Source: Acidimicrobiaceae bacterium
GTDB lineage: Bacteria; Actinomycetota; Acidimicrobiia; Acidimicrobiales; RAAP-2
NCBI GenBank assembly: GCA_003162475.1
Contig: PMOI01000012.1
Location: 30,380-94,379 of the forward strand
Direction: 5' to 3'
Length of the DNA stretch: 64,000 nucleotides
Both the position numbers and the translations under genes were made by a program. Positions 62,650 through 64,000 of this stretch are shown piece after piece. Numbering within the stretch: the first letter of the stretch is position 1; each line of letters begins with the position of its first letter. The notes below the pieces were generated by a model that was given only the letters and a program-made list of their open reading frames with translations, was not told the origin of the DNA and did no database searches.

Positions 62650-63608
62650 GAGTAGACCCCGAAGACCATCAGCGTCGCCCATATGACGATGAGCACTTGC
62701 ACCGTGCGGTCTTGGATGACCAGGTCCTCGGGGGCGGCCCCGTTACCCGCTTCAACGGAGCGCAAGATGAACAGCACCGCGAAGACGACGGGCACCACAC
62801 TCAAGCGAACTGGTAAGACGGCGTCCCGGTTTGACGAGAGGCCCGCGTGCGACGTGTCAAAGGCCCAGAGGCAGTAACCCGTGACGACCACCGTCGCGCA
62901 CAGGGTCAGGGCCGAGTCGAGGAAACTGCTCGTGTACTCGGCGAGGACCTTGCGCGTCGTGCCCGCGCCGATCACCTTCAACTCGCTGTCGCGTTTACCC
63001 ACGACGAGAAAGAGCGCGCCGAAGGAGATCACGACGAGAAACCAGGTGGAGACGAAGATGTGCGACGCCGCCGCGCCCGCGTAGGCCCGCAGAAAGTACC
63101 CGCTTGCGACGGCGCCCAGTTCGATGATCGCGAGAGTCTTCAGCCAGAAAATATAGGAAAGCGAGATCACCACGTACAGCCCGAGGACCACGTAGAGGTC
63201 CCCGGGACGCGAGATCGTCAGGGGCAGGAGGAAGCCGGCGACCAAGAGAACGACCGCCGACCAGGCGACGACGACGGCGCCGAGTTGGCCCGCCGCGATG
63301 GCCCGGAAACGCTTCGTCGGGTGCTCGCGGTCGGCCTCGACGTCACGAAGGTCGTTCAACAGGTAGAGACCCGACGCCACCAAGCAGAACGCGACAAAGG
63401 CCACGCCGGTGTGGAGAGCGACGTCGTGGTGCGCCAAGGTGCCGGCGGCGGCTGGCGCGATGATAATCAGACCGTTCTTCACCCACTGTCGCGGTCGCAT
63501 CGCCGAGAACAACGCGCGCAGTGGACCTCGCTCTTTGGCAGCGTTGGTCGTCACGACTGACAACGCTAGTCGGGGGTTTTGTCTCGTTCGAGAGTCACGG
63601 ACGTCCAT
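62646..63608 (-). CDS. UbiA-family polyprenyl-phosphate phosphoribosyltransferase (Rv3806c-like)
   Basis: [35 protein letters not shown]; start uncertain. Confidence 0.92.
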   Translation of the reverse strand: MDVRDSRTRQNPRLALSVVTTNAAKERGPLRALFSAMRPRQWVKNGLIIIAPAAAGTLAHHDVALHTGVAFVAFCLVASGLYLLNDLRDVEADREHPTKRFRAIAAGQLGAVVVAWSAVVLLVAGFLLPLTISRPGDLYVVLGLYVVISLSYIFWLKTLAIIELGAVASGYFLRAYAGAAASHIFVSTWFLVVISFGALFLVVGKRDSELKVIGAGTTRKVLAEYTSSFLDSALTLCATVVVTGYCLWAFDTSHAGLSSNRDAVLPVRLSVVPVVFAVLFILRSVEAGNGAAPEDLVIQDRTVQVLIVIWATLMVFGVYS

Positions 63609-63647
63609 TATTTGAGTGAGTGGTGGGGCCTCTATGCTGAACTACTG

Positions 63648-64000
63648 ATGGAGCGCACGTACCGAGTCGTAGTCGCCAAACCCGGTCTCGACGGACACGA
63701 TCGTGGCGCGAAGGTCATCGCGCGAACGCTGCGTGACGCGGGCTTCGAGGTCGTCTACACCGGACTGCACCAGACGCCCGAGCAGATCGTCCAGGCCGTT
63801 ATCCAAGAAGACGCCGACGCGCTCGGACTCTCGCTCCTGTCGGGCGCCCACCTCGTGCTCGTCCCACGCGTGGTGCACCTTTTGAAGAGTCAAGGTCGTG
63901 AGGACGTCCTACTGGTCGTGGGTGGGATCATCCCCGACGACGACATTCCGGCCCTGGAAGCGGCTGGCGTGTCGAGGGTCTTCACCCCGGGCGCGTCGCT
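63648..64000 (+). CDS. Cobalamin-binding domain protein (methylmalonyl-CoA mutase small subunit-like), 3'-truncated
   Basis: Translated by hand: [34 protein letters not shown]...LSLLSGAH...GGIIP...FTPG; DxHxxG B12 motif; not in the ORF track. Confidence 0.93.
   Translation, partial: MERTYRVVVAKPGLDGHDRGAKVIARTLRDAGFEVVYTGLHQTPEQIVQAVIQEDADALGLSLLSGAHLVLVPRVVHLLKSQGREDVLLVVGGIIPDDDIPALEAAGVSRVFTPGAS

Overview
High-GC actinobacterial core-genome window. It is probably from class Acidimicrobiia, inferred from the actinobacterial beta' coiled-coil insert, GuaB3, tandem CIRCE and gene order, and not database-checked. It runs rpoC (5'-truncated), str, S10, spc, secY-adk-map, alpha operon, truA, rplM-rpsI-glmM-glmS-acpS-alr-udg-tsaE-tsaB-rimI-tsaD-pdxH, groES-groEL, guaB3-guaA-pcrA, a ubiA-dprE1-dprE2 operon and a 3'-truncated B12-binding domain gene. 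There are two clear accessory insertions. The first is two GT-C-like glycosyltransferases between map and infA. The second is a 7.8 kb block between truA and rplM (channel-like protein, PAS/GAF-GGDEF-EAL, TetR, secreted beta-propeller, DinB), which contains a decayed second copy of the channel gene's 3' end. The best leads are a lipid-linked D-arabinofuranose donor pathway in a probably non-mycolate lineage, possibly feeding the inserted GT-C enzymes; a CTG-initiated infA; long acidic or repeat extensions on L22, S3 and S17; a TetR / c-di-GMP enzyme divergent pair sharing a 43 bp palindromic promoter; a MEDS-LuxR fusion; and a GuaB3 that keeps its catalytic Cys. No tRNA, rRNA, CRISPR array, integrase or transposase was seen. 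All family assignments come from motif recognition by eye.
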